Shown here: positions 30,231-42,022 of the stretch, one piece after another
Position numbering within the stretch: the stretch's first letter is position 1
Layout: each line of letters opens with the position of its first letter
NCBI GenBank assembly: GCA_000004985.1
Contig: GG738859.1
Source: Naegleria gruberi
Taxonomy: Eukaryota
Direction: 5' to 3' (one strand)
DNA: 64,000 bases
The notes under the pieces: generated by a model
What the model was told of the DNA's origin: nothing
What the model saw: the letters and a program-made list of their open reading frames with translations, nothing else
Database searches by the model: none
Translations under genes and position numbers: made by a program

Positions 30231-31005
30231 TTTTTTGCTTCAAATTGAGATGTGAATCAACGCTGATTGAAGCTTGGACTATTTATCCTCCAAGAAATTG
30301 TACCCAACCTTTGAAAATCTATTGGTAAGGTTTCTGCTCTTCAACTCAACTCAAACAACAATTTCATTTTGTGTTGTGTGCTTATTCAAAATAATTTCGA
30401 TATTTTTTAAAATTATTTATTTAAAACCACTTTGCCTTCATGATAATTCCCTCACAAAATAAATGAGCCAATTCATACCACGAAATTACTCCTAGAAAGC
30501 TCTGCCTATTCCTCACCTTCATGATTCATTCGAGTCAGAACGTTAATGATGAGTCGGAGGGTGTAAAAGCCACTCTGACAACACCATTCAAGTGTCGAGT
30601 TCTTCGGTGCTTGGTGGAGTTGTGTGAGGTTTGCGTGGGGTTTCATAATAAAGAATAAGCTCGTCATGGTGCATGATTGTGGGAAGTGTCTTTGGCATGG
30701 AACAAGAACACGATAATGTCTCCATATGCTTAGAACATATTCATCTTTTTATTTCCATGGTATATGAGTTGTTTTTCATTCTTTTAGGTTGTTCCTTTAA
30801 GGTTTGAACATCGTGTGTTGTGATGAATAATGTGCTTTTTAAAACCTTTAATTACAGCAGTAATGAAATGTAAAGATAATAACCAACATAACAATAAAAA
30901 AAAGTAGCACGTTGAGGACCTGAAGTGGTTTCTTTGATTTCCAATTGAATTCTTTTTGCCAACCAATTGCAACCACGTTGTTTTGTATATATACCGAGAG
31001 AGAAA

Positions 31006-31996
31006 ATGTGTTGTGGAGGAGAGAGTGATAAAACAAAAAACAACAATGAATGTAGTGTATCACCTCATCATGATGAAAATTTATTAATTAATAATATTAA
31101 TTGTGTGATGAATGTTGTTATATAATCTGTATCGGAACTAATAGTAAACATTAAAGTTGTAAATCCACAGCCATCAGCTTCTACAATAGCTGCTCGCACC
31201 ATTCAATCAAATTATGACGAATTATTTAAAGTAATTGTCATTGGAGACTCAAGTGTTGGAAAAACAAGTTTACTGAACAAGATGGTTGTAAGTTAATTTT
31301 GAAAATAATCGGAAAATAATTATTACAGTCAGGAACATTTACAGATTCGTTCATGCCAACTGTTGGAGTTGATTTGTAAGTTTTTTAAAAGAGAGGAATT
31401 TGACTGAAATTTCAATATTAAGGAAAGTGAGGTTTTTAACAATTGACGGTAAAAACATTAAACTCCAAATATGGGATACTGCCGGACAGGTATGTTTTAA
31501 AAAAATTGAAAATATTCAAAAATGTTTTAGGAAAGATATAGAAATTTAACAAAATCATACTATCGTGGAAGTGATGGTATTATACTTGTTTATGATATGT
31601 AAGTTTTTTTTTGAAATAGTTCAGTAATATATTGGTGAATTGGTCCATTCAAACATGCAACTGTTCAAATATGATAGAACCCAAGAAAAAACATTTAATA
31701 ACTTGAGTATTTGGTTGAATGAAGTTAAAAAGAACATTTTGGGAGTAAATAATGGAGATGCATTACCTATTGGAGCTGATCTTAATATTTTCATTATTGG
31801 AAACAAGACTGACTTGGAAACTGCTAGAAATGTATCAACAGATAAGGGCAAAAAGTTTGCAGAATCACTCCAAATTGATGCCATGTTTGAGGAAATTTCT
31901 TGTAAAACAACTGAATCCATTGAGGAGACTGTATTATGTAGATTGGCCAGAAGAATTCTCGAAACTCGTCAACGAGAAAAGAATGAAGAACGTTAA
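31006..31996 (+). CDS. Rab-family small GTPase lacking C-terminal Cys prenylation motif; 6 exons (first exon tentative), ~222 aa
   Basis: Exons 2-6 are well supported: 31171-31287, 31331-31377, 31425-31491, 31531-31598 and 31678-31996, with 39-79-nt introns, GTAAGT/GTATGT donors and consistent phases. They encode KVIVIGDSSVGKTSLLNKMV (G1), TVGVDL (switch I), WDTAGQERY (G3), YYRGSDGIILVYDIT, FIIGNKTDL (G4) and EISCKT (G5). The tentative first exon 31006-31056 (MCCGGESDKTKNNNECS, GTATCA donor) joins in frame. An alternative GTGATG donor lies at 31105. The protein ends ...ETRQREKNEER with no Cys. Confidence 0.75.
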
Positions 31997-32100
31997 TTGT
32001 AAATAAAATTATCATAAAACAAACCACTCGTACCGTCCTTTATTTTCAAATATTGATAATTTATTTTGGTGTGACTAGAAAATGATTTTTCAATTTCAAA

Positions 32101-33049
32101 GTGTCAACACCAACTTTTATTCCCCAACAACCAGTGGTCCGTCTACATGCTCTATTGAAGGAGAATCCAACTCTCTTGGATCAACAACAAACCATGCAAT
32201 TGATCAAGAATATTTTACAAAATATTGTTGCTCATCCGTACGATGATAAGTTTAGATCGATTAAATTGTCAAATCCAAAACTCTCTGAGAAGATTGTTCA
32301 AGTTAAAGGTGCTCTCGATATATTGTTATTGTGTGGTTTTTCTAGAGTGAGAGAAAATAATGAGGAATATATTAAATTGTATGATGCTGATGTTCAATCA
32401 ATAGAGGTGATGAAGAAGATTATTGAGACCTATGTAGGTATTGAAACATTTTAATGTAATCGAAACTAAATTTGTGGAATAATTATAGGAACAACGAAGA
32501 GAATTATTAACATTACCAAGTTTGGGCTCCCAACCATCAACATCTTCCAACAATTCCACAAATTCAACTCCTTCATTTGTTTTAGATGAGTCCTATACAA
32601 TTATTTTGCAATTCAGAAATTCTCAACATCAAGTCATTGAAGAAATGCTTTTTGAAAAGGAGAAATATGCAGGTCATTTAACATTGGGAGAAGTTGTCTT
32701 TCCACGAATGGAACAAAGACTTCGTGAACTGAACTGGCCAGGTTTCGCGTTATATGCCGAACATGAACCAGTTTATAGACATACTACTTTAGATGATTTG
32801 AATTATCAGAGAAAGAATCAAAAAATAACTTTACAATGTGAAGATCATAATTGTCAATATCGTGCTGTCTTGACGCCTGTAATTGAGAGTGAGGAATGTG
32901 TTGTTTGCTTTGAACCTTTAAATAATAGTAATAGAACTGGAGGATTATGTATGCATCGTTGTGCATGTAAGAATTGCTTTAAATTGTTGGATAAATGTCC
33001 AATTTGTAGAAAGACAATTGACCATAATAATAGAAGCAGACTTTTATAA
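32101..33049 (+). CDS. PUB-domain + C3HC4 RING-finger protein (putative E3 ubiquitin ligase); 2 exons joined in frame; 5' end/start codon unresolved
   Basis: Exon 1 (frame open from about 32086; first in-frame ATG at 32194) ends at 32433 (GTAGGT donor). A 55-nt intron follows, and exon 2 is 32489-33049. The PUB/PUG-like region is LLKENPTLLDQQQTMQLIKNILQNIVAHPYDDKFRSIKLSNPKLSEKIVQVKGALDILLLCGF. The RING is CVVCFEPLNNSNRTGGLCMHRCACKNCFKLLDKCPICRK. Confidence 0.55.
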
Positions 33050-33115
33050 ACACTCACTGTATAATATTTTCAAAAGTTGAATTCAATTGAATTTTAATTT
33101 ATTTTTTTTATTTCC

Positions 33116-33823
33116 TTATTTGCAAATGTTAACATTATTATTACCTCCAGAACAAGTATTGACCTTTCCATTGTAAGCACTTTCGAACCTAGTACATTGA
33201 GGAGCGTTATCGGTGGCTGGTTTGTATTTCAAAAAGGAATAGTCAGTAGAATTGCACTTGATAACTTCAGTACTATCAAACCAAGTCAAGCAAGTATTAA
33301 TTCTTGAAGCAAAGAAGCTGACAAGGAAATCATTACTTGTTCTTCCGCATTGATTTTCTTTTTCATTTGAATGGACTTGGTATTGCAAATTCCACAACAT
33401 GCTAACATTGAAATGATCAGAATAGAGAATAAAATCTGGCAATTTACCACATCCACTCACACTTCTATCATTGCATTGATGCAATGGATGGGTTTCATAT
33501 TCGAAACATTCAACACATCCTGGTCGACAGAGATTTTTAACATTTGCAGTAGAAGCATCACATTGATATTGAGAGTAACCGTATTGGTCTGGTGCTTTTT
33601 CAAAACATGATCCACTGAGTGGATATGAAGGATTGGCTGGTTTGACAATACTCAATCCTGACACTGACTGAATAGTACTTGGAGAACATTTAGAGTCGCC
33701 GAATGTAATGGTGTAGAAGAAGTTGCCTTCGAGTTCCCTGATACTTGTAGCACAAGCACAAAAGATAGCAAAGAATAGTACCGACAGAGTAATGGTGGCA
33801 ATGATGTTGGTGGTTGACTTCAT
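33116..33823 (-). CDS. cysteine-rich secreted protein (signal peptide, ~24 Cys), 235 aa, no recognisable family
   Basis: ATG at 33821-33823 after a T8 run on the plus strand (= A8 upstream on the minus strand). The signal peptide is MKSTTNIIATITLSVLFFAIFCACATS. The mature part is Cys/Asn-rich with N-glycosylation sites. Confidence 0.5.
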   Translation of the reverse strand: MKSTTNIIATITLSVLFFAIFCACATSIRELEGNFFYTITFGDSKCSPSTIQSVSGLSIVKPANPSYPLSGSCFEKAPDQYGYSQYQCDASTANVKNLCRPGCVECFEYETHPLHQCNDRSVSGCGKLPDFILYSDHFNVSMLWNLQYQVHSNEKENQCGRTSNDFLVSFFASRINTCLTWFDSTEVIKCNSTDYSFLKYKPATDNAPQCTRFESAYNGKVNTCSGGNNNVNICK

Positions 33824-34014
33824 TTTTTTTATGAATGTTAGTGTTTGTACTGGAACGAAGGCGGTAGACTAATATGTCGATTTCGGAATGTTTAGGTAGT
33901 CCAGTAGCGAATCTTACGACTAAACAGAATCTTGTAAACATTCTCATTGAAGAAGACACATTGTAGTGGTTTTAACAATGGTTGTAAATTCATAATAATT
34001 CAAAATCAAATGAT

Positions 34015-34365
34015 TTACTCGATTTGATCTTGTTCATATTGTTCATATTTTCTCTTTCTTTGTTTTTTTCTCTTTTCCAATAACCTTCCTAATCTGAAAA
34101 GTAATCTTTCTTCTTTATCTTTTGTAAATTTAATCAATTCATCATCACTTGATGGTTCCTGTTGATCCAGCTGCGAATATTCCTTCACCATTTCTTTTAA
34201 TTTGGTAATATAATTTTCTTCTTCTTCTTGTTCCGAATTGTTTACTCCATTATTATTATTATTTACAGATTTATTATTATCATTAGCATTTGATTTATCT
34301 TCCGATGTATTTTCATCTTCTCTCACAAAATTACTGAATAAATCCCCATCTACATTTGTTGTCAT
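34015..34365 (-). CDS. small acidic N/E/K-rich hypothetical protein (~116 aa)
   Basis: The real ATG is at 34363-34365 (MTTNVDGDLF...); the ORF-track start is a TTG. The composition is N-rich and acidic with a basic C-terminal patch KRKKQRKRK. The coding call is low-confidence. Confidence 0.3.
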   Translation of the reverse strand: MTTNVDGDLFSNFVREDENTSEDKSNANDNNKSVNNNNNGVNNSEQEEEENYITKLKEMVKEYSQLDQQEPSSDDELIKFTKDKEERLLFRLGRLLEKRKKQRKRKYEQYEQDQIE

Positions 34366-34564
34366 TTTTTTCAAATTTGATTTAAAAAAAGATTTAATAA
34401 TTGAAGGTGTTGTTGTAATAAGTTTACAAACAGAATACTTTCCTTAAACATATCAATGGAATGCTCACTTTTTAAAAAGTACGTCCACCCTTTCTTCAAA
34501 CTCTTACAATTGAATATCGGGAATTTAATAAGCTGATGTTTACAAAATAACAATCAAAAAAAAA

Positions 34565-35391
34565 ATGTCATCATCCACTTCATCTGTTGTTTCCATTCCA
34601 ACTTCAAACAAACTCGGAGATTGTCCAGGTTATGTTGCCAAACCACAAGAATCCACCACAATGGGTGTTATTATATTGCAAGAATGGTGGGGAGTTAACG
34701 ATCATATTAAAAGCAAGGGAATTAAAATTGCTGAAGAATTGAAGGCTATTACTATCATTCCGGATTTGTATAGAGGACAAGTTGCTACTGATCATGAACA
34801 TGCTGGACATTTAATGCACGGTTTGGATTGGCCTGGAGCAATTGCTGATATTTTGGGTGCTGCTAAATATTTGAGATCTGCTCATGGTTGTACAAAGATT
34901 GGTGTTACAGGTTTTTGTATGGGTATGTTTATAATTACTATTTAAATATTAATTAATTAATAATATTAATATTTATCATTATATATTTACTTGATATTAA
35001 AATTGATTGTAATCTTAATAATATTGGAAATAATAATCAAATATAAATAGGAGGAGCTTTAACTCTTGCAGCAACAGCATCACAAACCGATGGTACCATT
35101 AATGCAGCATCATGTTTCTATGGTATTCCACAAATGGATGTATCCAAGATTAATGTTCCTGTTATTGCTCACTTTGGTGAATTGGATGATATTAAGGGAT
35201 TTTCTGATGTTGAAGCAGCCAACAAATTGCAAGAATCATGGAAGCAAAATGGAGTTAATGGAACTGTCTACATCTATCCAGGTTGTAGCCATGCTTTCAC
35301 CAATAATACTAGACCAGAAGTTTTCAATGCTGAAGCTTATGCTCTTTCTTTTGAAAGAATGTATGATTTCTTTAGAACTAATCTCCAATAA
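34565..35391 (+). CDS. dienelactone hydrolase-family (carboxymethylenebutenolidase-like) alpha/beta hydrolase; 2 exons, ~232 aa
   Basis: Exons are 34565-34922 and 35051-35391, separated by a 128-nt ~90% AT intron (GTATGT donor, aaatag acceptor), and the phase restores the GFCMGG nucleophile elbow. The protein carries the family residues (ILQEWWGVNDHIK, PDLYRG, HAF). Confidence 0.8.
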
Positions 35392-35540
35392 TCTCATGTT
35401 TTTTCCAATGTACAATAAAGAGTAAACAATACTCTTACTTTAAAAGTTAAATACATACAACTATATTGAAATTTTCGATAGTGTATGATGCAAAATTAAA
35501 ACGAAACTCTTTTGTAAATTAAAAAAATTCATAAAAAAAA

Positions 35541-36383
35541 ATGAACAAGCAAATTTTAAGAAGGGATCAACGTAAAACCTCCAACCAACTCAGAGATATG
35601 CAAGTCGAGTTGGGAGTGTTGGGAAAAGCTGATGGAAGTGTTAAATTTTCTCAGGGAAATACCACAGTAATTTGTTCAGTTTGTGGACCGGAATCATCAA
35701 TGAAGGAAAAAGGAGATCAAGCTATTATTGATGTCATGTTTCAACCAAGAGATAAGAAGGCTTCGGAAGAGGAAAAAGAATATGAATTAATTATTAGACA
35801 AACATTGGAAAATGTGATTTTAACAAATATATATCCAAGAACTGTTATAACAATTTCGATTCAAGTGGTTCAATATGATGGATGTTTATTGAGTGCGAGT
35901 TTAAATGCTGCATCATTGGCTCTTCTTGATGCTGGAGTTGCTATGAAAACAACACTTGTTTCATCATCTTGTTCATATTTAAATAGTGGTGATTGTTTGT
36001 TGGATCCAACGAGAATTGAACAAGATTTTTCATCAATTTTACACAATGACGATTCATCATCATACATTCAATATTACAAGACATCATCAAAAGGACCAAA
36101 AGTTATTGTACCAAAAGGATTTGCCTTCTTTGTTTTTGATTCTGCTCCTCTCCGAAATCCATCTAAAACAGATTCTGATGACGATTCCTTTCTTGTCACC
36201 AGTATTACTGAAGGTTTATTAACAGATGAAGCTTTAAGAGAATGTATTTCATTAGCAAAAGAAGGAGCCTTGTCAGTTTATTCTCTCATTCGTTTAACTC
36301 TTGAAAGAAAGTCAACTACTCCTGTTTTACCTACAAATAAGGTTGTAGCTTCAAATAATTTCATAAAACCTAAGGATAATTAA
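35541..36383 (+). CDS. exosome complex RNase PH-like subunit (Rrp46/Mtr3-type), 280 aa
   Basis: ATG after an A9 run. The RNase PH domain 1 pattern is RRDQRKTSNQLRDMQVELGVLGKADGSVKFSQGNTTVICSVCGP...ASLNAASLALLDAGVAMK, followed by a C-terminal domain 2. Confidence 0.6.
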   Translation: MNKQILRRDQRKTSNQLRDMQVELGVLGKADGSVKFSQGNTTVICSVCGPESSMKEKGDQAIIDVMFQPRDKKASEEEKEYELIIRQTLENVILTNIYPRTVITISIQVVQYDGCLLSASLNAASLALLDAGVAMKTTLVSSSCSYLNSGDCLLDPTRIEQDFSSILHNDDSSSYIQYYKTSSKGPKVIVPKGFAFFVFDSAPLRNPSKTDSDDDSFLVTSITEGLLTDEALRECISLAKEGALSVYSLIRLTLERKSTTPVLPTNKVVASNNFIKPKDN

Positions 36384-36399
36384 GATTTTAGTAATTTAT

Positions 36400-39300
36400 T
36401 TAAAGTTCTTCTTCTTCGTCCATTGGGGTATTCTTGAAAGCGTTGGCATAAGCATAGAGGCCAATCAATTTCTTGCCTATCGTACCCATCTCACAAATAG
36501 TACACAATTCACCATCATATCTTGGTAAATAAGCAGCTCCACAATATGAGCAAGCAATCTTGTCACTTCCTTGATAAATTGGAGTGTGTGAAATATTACA
36601 AACAACAAATGGATTTCTATCGTCATAATTCAATTCAATCTTGTCGGTAGGTTTGCTTTCCTTTTGTTGGGCCACATAGGCTGCTTGCTTTTGGATCTTT
36701 TCTGGAGGTCCCATCTTAAGCAATCTATTAGCAAATGTAGCTGCTGTTACAAAGTTTTCAAGTTTGAAGCAAATAGCCATGGCAGAATTCAAACCTAACA
36801 TGATGTGATTATTTCTCAATTTACATCTAGTGAAATAAGCTGCAAGTTCGGCTGCTCTCTTTGAATCAGTGGTCATAATATCCTTTCTGTCTAATTCCAT
36901 TCTGAAAGCACTGACGTATTCACAACAAGTAGATAAAGTTTCCTTGAATTCTCTTTCATCCTTCTTTGATAAGATTGGAAGGAACAATAATTGTCTCATA
37001 ATTTCACGTAACATGTCCAAACCATTCTTGATTGTATTTTGATTCGATAAGGCATTGAGAGCGTCCTTCAACTTTAATTGCAACTCAGAAAGTGTTGGCA
37101 CTGCAAGTTTAGGAAGGGTATTCTCTCTGGATCTCTCATTTTCTGATTTACCAGCTTGAAGTGCTAATGGAATACTTGGTTGACATGATGGAGAAGGCAT
37201 TAAAAGATTAGAACCAGCATAAATAGAGAGGAATAATTCTTTGAGAGGAGCAAAATTCTTGATACCAACAGCCTTTTGGAGAATTTCAATGGCAGAATCA
37301 AATGAACCAGCTGCAATGTGATTACCTGGGAATTGAGAATTGACTGGCCACATATCCAAAACGTTTCTTCCAGCATTTGGAGGAACAAAATTGCTTGATT
37401 GAGATGTGGAAATTTGAGCATCAGCAGGAATATCAATGAGATCATAGTCATCAACATTGATTTGATCCTCACCCATTTCATCCAAGTCTGATGGTGGAGG
37501 AACAGATTTCTTGCTTGTTGTGGCTTGTTCCATTCCTGGAATTTCAATACTATCACCGAATTGGTCAAATTCAAGTTCATCAATTTCACCCAAAGATTGA
37601 CCAACATCACCATAATCAATTTCTTGAGTATGTAAAAGAGGCCAGTTACCACCAGCATTGATTGGTACAGGAGGAAGGAAGAGGGAAGGCTTAAAGTTGA
37701 ATTCTGGCATCTTGAAATCTTCTGAGAGGGATTTTTTGACTTCTTCAGCAAGAGCATCCAAACCGTGATTCTTGGCAGTCATATAAGCCAATGCACTTTG
37801 GCCAACACTTTGAAGAACCTTAACTCTTTCTTCAACGTCACCAAGGAAGAGAGCATTGTGGAATCTGGACATTACATCATTTCTGCTGTTGGCAATCTTG
37901 AGCATCAATTTGAGACTTTCTTGATTACCAGTAACACTGTGCAAGAAGGAGAGTCTTTCGACATTCTTTGTTCTTTGATAAGCCTTTTCGACAGCAGAAA
38001 CATCACCTTGGTTCAAAGCTTCCAATCCCAAACTGTTCCAACATTCCTTCTTGTCCAACTTTTGGGCAACTTCAGAGGCAGTCTTGATATCACCACATTC
38101 AAGGGCAAGATTGAATTTGGTACTTTCATCTTCAACAAATTTGAGAGCAATTTCAGGATAACCCTTTTGTTGGAGGTAAGCAATAATGGAATCTCCAAGA
38201 ATCTTGGCTTCACCAATAATCTTCTTAATGTCACCAGTTCTTCCTTGAGATAAGGCAAGTTTGAATCTGTATTCAGTTGCATCAATAGTGATAACCTTGA
38301 CAGTACCTTCTCTATCAATAATTGTAACATTATTATTTTCAATATGGGCAATATAAATTGGGAGATCCAAAGTCTTGATTGTACCAAAATCACCTGATGC
38401 CAAACAATACTTCATGTGATTCAATGTAGTATAAATGAAAACACCATCCTTATCGAAGGCACCACTCTTAATACGAATGGTTTCAACAGTTGTGCAGAAA
38501 GGCTGCAAGTTACTATCACATACAACAACCAAGTGTTTTCCGAGTAAAGCAACTTTAGAGTTATCATCAGACCAAACAACAAACTTGATACCAGCTGAAG
38601 CATGGCTGGAAACAATCTTTTGTTGTTCCAAATCATACAAATGAACTCTATCATCAGTTGTAAAGATCAATCTACCAGAAACTGCTGGGAAAATTCTCTT
38701 AATTGGTCCGACAGTAATTGGAAGTTCCTTAGATCTGTCAGATTGTGTACTGTGAATGAAAATCTTTCTATCCTTTGGATCTAAAGTAGCAAACTTTTGT
38801 AAACCAACAAAAGCAGCAAAGAGGGCCTTTCCTTTTCTAATTGGGTTTCTAATTGGAACTTCATCAGTTGGTCCCTTTTTAATTTCAAACAATTCATAAG
38901 AACCACCATCATGATCTGATGTGAGAATTCCATAAGTGTTGGTTGGGTCAATACAAAGATTTCTTGTTGATCCTGACCATGATTTTCTCAAAACAGCAGC
39001 TGGAGCATCCTTGCCACCTTTAACAACTCTCAAATTCTTTTCCTTCATATACATGAGACAATTCTTGGAAGCAGTGAAAGCTGGTCTTTCTCTTTCCAAT
39101 TTGAAAACAATAAGACCACCATCATGACCAGCAGCAATAAGATTTTGAGTTGGGTGAACATCCAAAACCCAGAATCTTTCATATTCTCTCTTATAACTTC
39201 TAATGAATTGTGATTTTCCAATATCATAAAATCGGAGAGTTTTATCCTCACTGGCAGAAATAATCATATCCTTCTTTTCATGGAAAACTGCACAAGAAAC

Positions 39301-40269
39301 ATTGTGACCATGTCCTGAGAATGTATCAACAGCCCAAGCTCTTTGATCACTAACTTTCCAAGTTCTTACAGTTCTGTCATCAGAAGCAGAAACAATCATG
39401 TCAGTTTTTGGATGGAAAACAGCATAGTTTACACCTCTATCGTGTCCATCAAGAACATATTTAACCATAGCATCTCCAGAGTTAAAGAATTCTTGATTCA
39501 ATTGTGTTAACTTGAGGAATTCATCTCCTGGGCTCATTCCAACATTAGCATTCTTTTGTTTAAGTGCTGAAATATCCCAAACTCTGATAGATTGATCCAA
39601 AGAAGCGGAAACAACAAGGTCTTGTTTTGGATGGAATGATGCACTCATAACATAGTGATTATGTCCAGGTAAGACTGAAATACAAGTACGTGATTGCCAA
39701 TTCCAAATACGAATAGTTTGGTCATCAGAAGCAGAAATAATCCAAGGCTATTTTGTTAATCCACATAATATTATTTAAATTGTATCAAATTATTATCATA
39801 CAACAATAGTAAATATGTTAATAAATAAACAATAATCAAAATGTTGATAATTACTTGTTCGCGGTGGAATTCTACAGTTCTAACGTAATCGTAATGTCCT
39901 GTGAGTGTAAATAAACATCTTCTTAATTTATAATTCCAAACTTTGATTTTATAATCATCACCACCACTGACAAAAAGTGGTTGAGTACTATGGAAGTCCA
40001 ATCCTCTAACCGGTCCTATTGTATTATCATATCAACAATTAATACACACACCATAGAGCATTAAACACAATAACAATAAAACAACTTTAGATTTTTACAT
40101 TATAAAAAATCTTACCTTCATGTTCAAGATACGAGTCAATCATGGTACCCATTCTATAATCCCACAATTGAATAGCACCAGTGTGCAAGCTGGCCAAGAT
40201 CCACGATCGCTTTGGGTGGAAACTTAAACCTTTTACACGTTGGCTCTTGGTCTCGAATTTGATGATCAT
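36400..40269 (-). CDS. COPA: coatomer (COPI) alpha subunit; 3 exons, ~1220 aa
   Basis: On the minus strand the exons are 40116-40269, 39855-40015 and 36400-39747, with 100- and 107-nt introns (GTAAG and GTAATT donors). It is collinear with human COPA from [52 protein letters not shown] / [53 protein letters not shown] / [20 protein letters not shown]... through the C-terminal [24 protein letters not shown] zinc-binding tail. Confidence 0.95.
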
Positions 40270-40651
40270 TTTTTTAATAAATATTTTTTAAAGGAGTCAT
40301 CATTACGTAAGCTTTATCGTCACCACCCATATGCAAAATAATTTGTTCTTATTGCGATATGAACGAGAGTATGATGATGATAATAGTGATGATGCTAATA
40401 TGATGACATCATTTCCATACAACAATATAATATTTTAACTTTTAACATTACAATACAGATGTATTATATCTAGAAATATAGTTTGATGAGTATAAATTGA
40501 AGAAAATGCAAGTTAGGGAAAAAACTAAGAGAAAGCATGGATGCATTAATTCAATGTATCGGAATAACAATCGATTCTCTCTGGTAGTACCCTTAACTTG
40601 TCATCACTTCAACTTGTCAAACTAAACACGTAAAAAGCAGCTATCAAAAAA

Positions 40652-42022
40652 ATGTCTAGATATTCACACAGTTTATTTCTTCTACTGCTAGTTATCATTT
40701 CTAGTTGTTTACTACTATTGACAACAACAACAGTTTTTATTCAACCAACTCATGCTTTCATTCCATCTTATTATGTCACCAAAACAACAACCGATGGTCA
40801 ACTTGTTCAAGTCAATTTATTGGAAGAAGAAATTGAACGTTTCTTTAAAAAATTAGGAACCTTCCCAGGTGTGGAATTTGATGAAATACTTTCTGAATAT
40901 TTCCCATCTCCTCAATATATAACCCCTGATAACTCTACTTCTGATTCTAAGATTCTCGTGAATAATATTCATGTCACTCTTCCATTAATTGAAAAACATT
41001 CTGGACCTGAGATTTTATCTAAATTTAGAGAGTTGCAACAGATTGTATTTGTTGGAAATGTTCATGATTTGGGTAAATGGTTTAATGTTGCAATGAAGAA
41101 GGATTATGAAACATTACACGTTGAATTCAATAAGGATGACATTATTTACTCAATTGACCAAACTGAAATGCCAAATAGATTGAATGCAAATTCTGGACAA
41201 AAGAGATCAACTATTTTTGATACTTTGAATTTGGAACCAGGAGTTGAACGTTTCCATGTTGCTTTCAGAAGAAAATTCCAATACATTCACAAGAATCATC
41301 TCCGTCTCCAAGCTGATGGTTTCACCTTAATGTTATGGGAAAGAAGTTCAGATCCAAATAAGAGACCATTCATTTTGAGAATGTGGCAAGAAGTTTATGA
41401 TCGTTCTCACTTTGTTTATCAGAATTTTGGTGAAAGACTCGTCACTCCATATGAACATGAACAAGAGACCAATTCTCGTTTCTTCCACATGTTGAATAGA
41501 ATGTACTCTCTTCATGAAAATGAGAGAGGAAATCCAAATTTTGGTATTACTGAAGATATGAATATTGGCTACACTCCAAAGAGAGTTTTAGAGAAAATGT
41601 TCCCACTCACTGAAGATGATAATAAGAAGATTAGAACTGACATGTTAAAGATTATGCAAGACAAGTTGGAATTTGCATTCCCAGTCAGTACTCAACCAGT
41701 ATTTGGATTTGCTTCTGCCAAGACAATGTACTCTGCACTCATGTCAAGCTCAAATCTTGAGAGAGCTTTCTTATTCCCAATGAGTCCAGTATTTTCCTAT
41801 AATAATGATCATGCTGTCATTCAAGTTTCTTATTTGATTTATCCAAAGAAGAAACAAGATGATTCAAGAGGTGATCCAGTTTCATGCCCTGCCATCATTC
41901 ATATGAGTTTGAATCATATTGACAAATTTACCAAATTACACTTTTATTTCGATCTTAATAGTTGTATTAATAAGTTATTCACAGGAAATGCTAAGAGCAA
42001 TTGGGTAACCATTGATATGTAA
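40652..42022 (+). CDS. secreted hypothetical protein (signal peptide), 456 aa, no recognisable domain
   Basis: ATG at 40652 after an A7 run. The signal peptide is LFLLLLVIISSCLLLLTTTTVFIQPTHA. The body is a long non-repetitive ORF with balanced composition. Confidence 0.5.
   Translation: MSRYSHSLFLLLLVIISSCLLLLTTTTVFIQPTHAFIPSYYVTKTTTDGQLVQVNLLEEEIERFFKKLGTFPGVEFDEILSEYFPSPQYITPDNSTSDSKILVNNIHVTLPLIEKHSGPEILSKFRELQQIVFVGNVHDLGKWFNVAMKKDYETLHVEFNKDDIIYSIDQTEMPNRLNANSGQKRSTIFDTLNLEPGVERFHVAFRRKFQYIHKNHLRLQADGFTLMLWERSSDPNKRPFILRMWQEVYDRSHFVYQNFGERLVTPYEHEQETNSRFFHMLNRMYSLHENERGNPNFGITEDMNIGYTPKRVLEKMFPLTEDDNKKIRTDMLKIMQDKLEFAFPVSTQPVFGFASAKTMYSALMSSSNLERAFLFPMSPVFSYNNDHAVIQVSYLIYPKKKQDDSRGDPVSCPAIIHMSLNHIDKFTKLHFYFDLNSCINKLFTGNAKSNWVTIDM

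Noticed and set aside
37200-38393. Track ORFs at 37200-37757 (-), 37765-38253 (+) and 38013-38393 (-) inside the coatomer alpha gene
   Set aside because: These are alternative-frame or antisense ORFs within a 3.3-kb exon that is unambiguously COPA in its own frame. They have low-complexity L/I-rich composition typical of out-of-frame AT-rich sequence.
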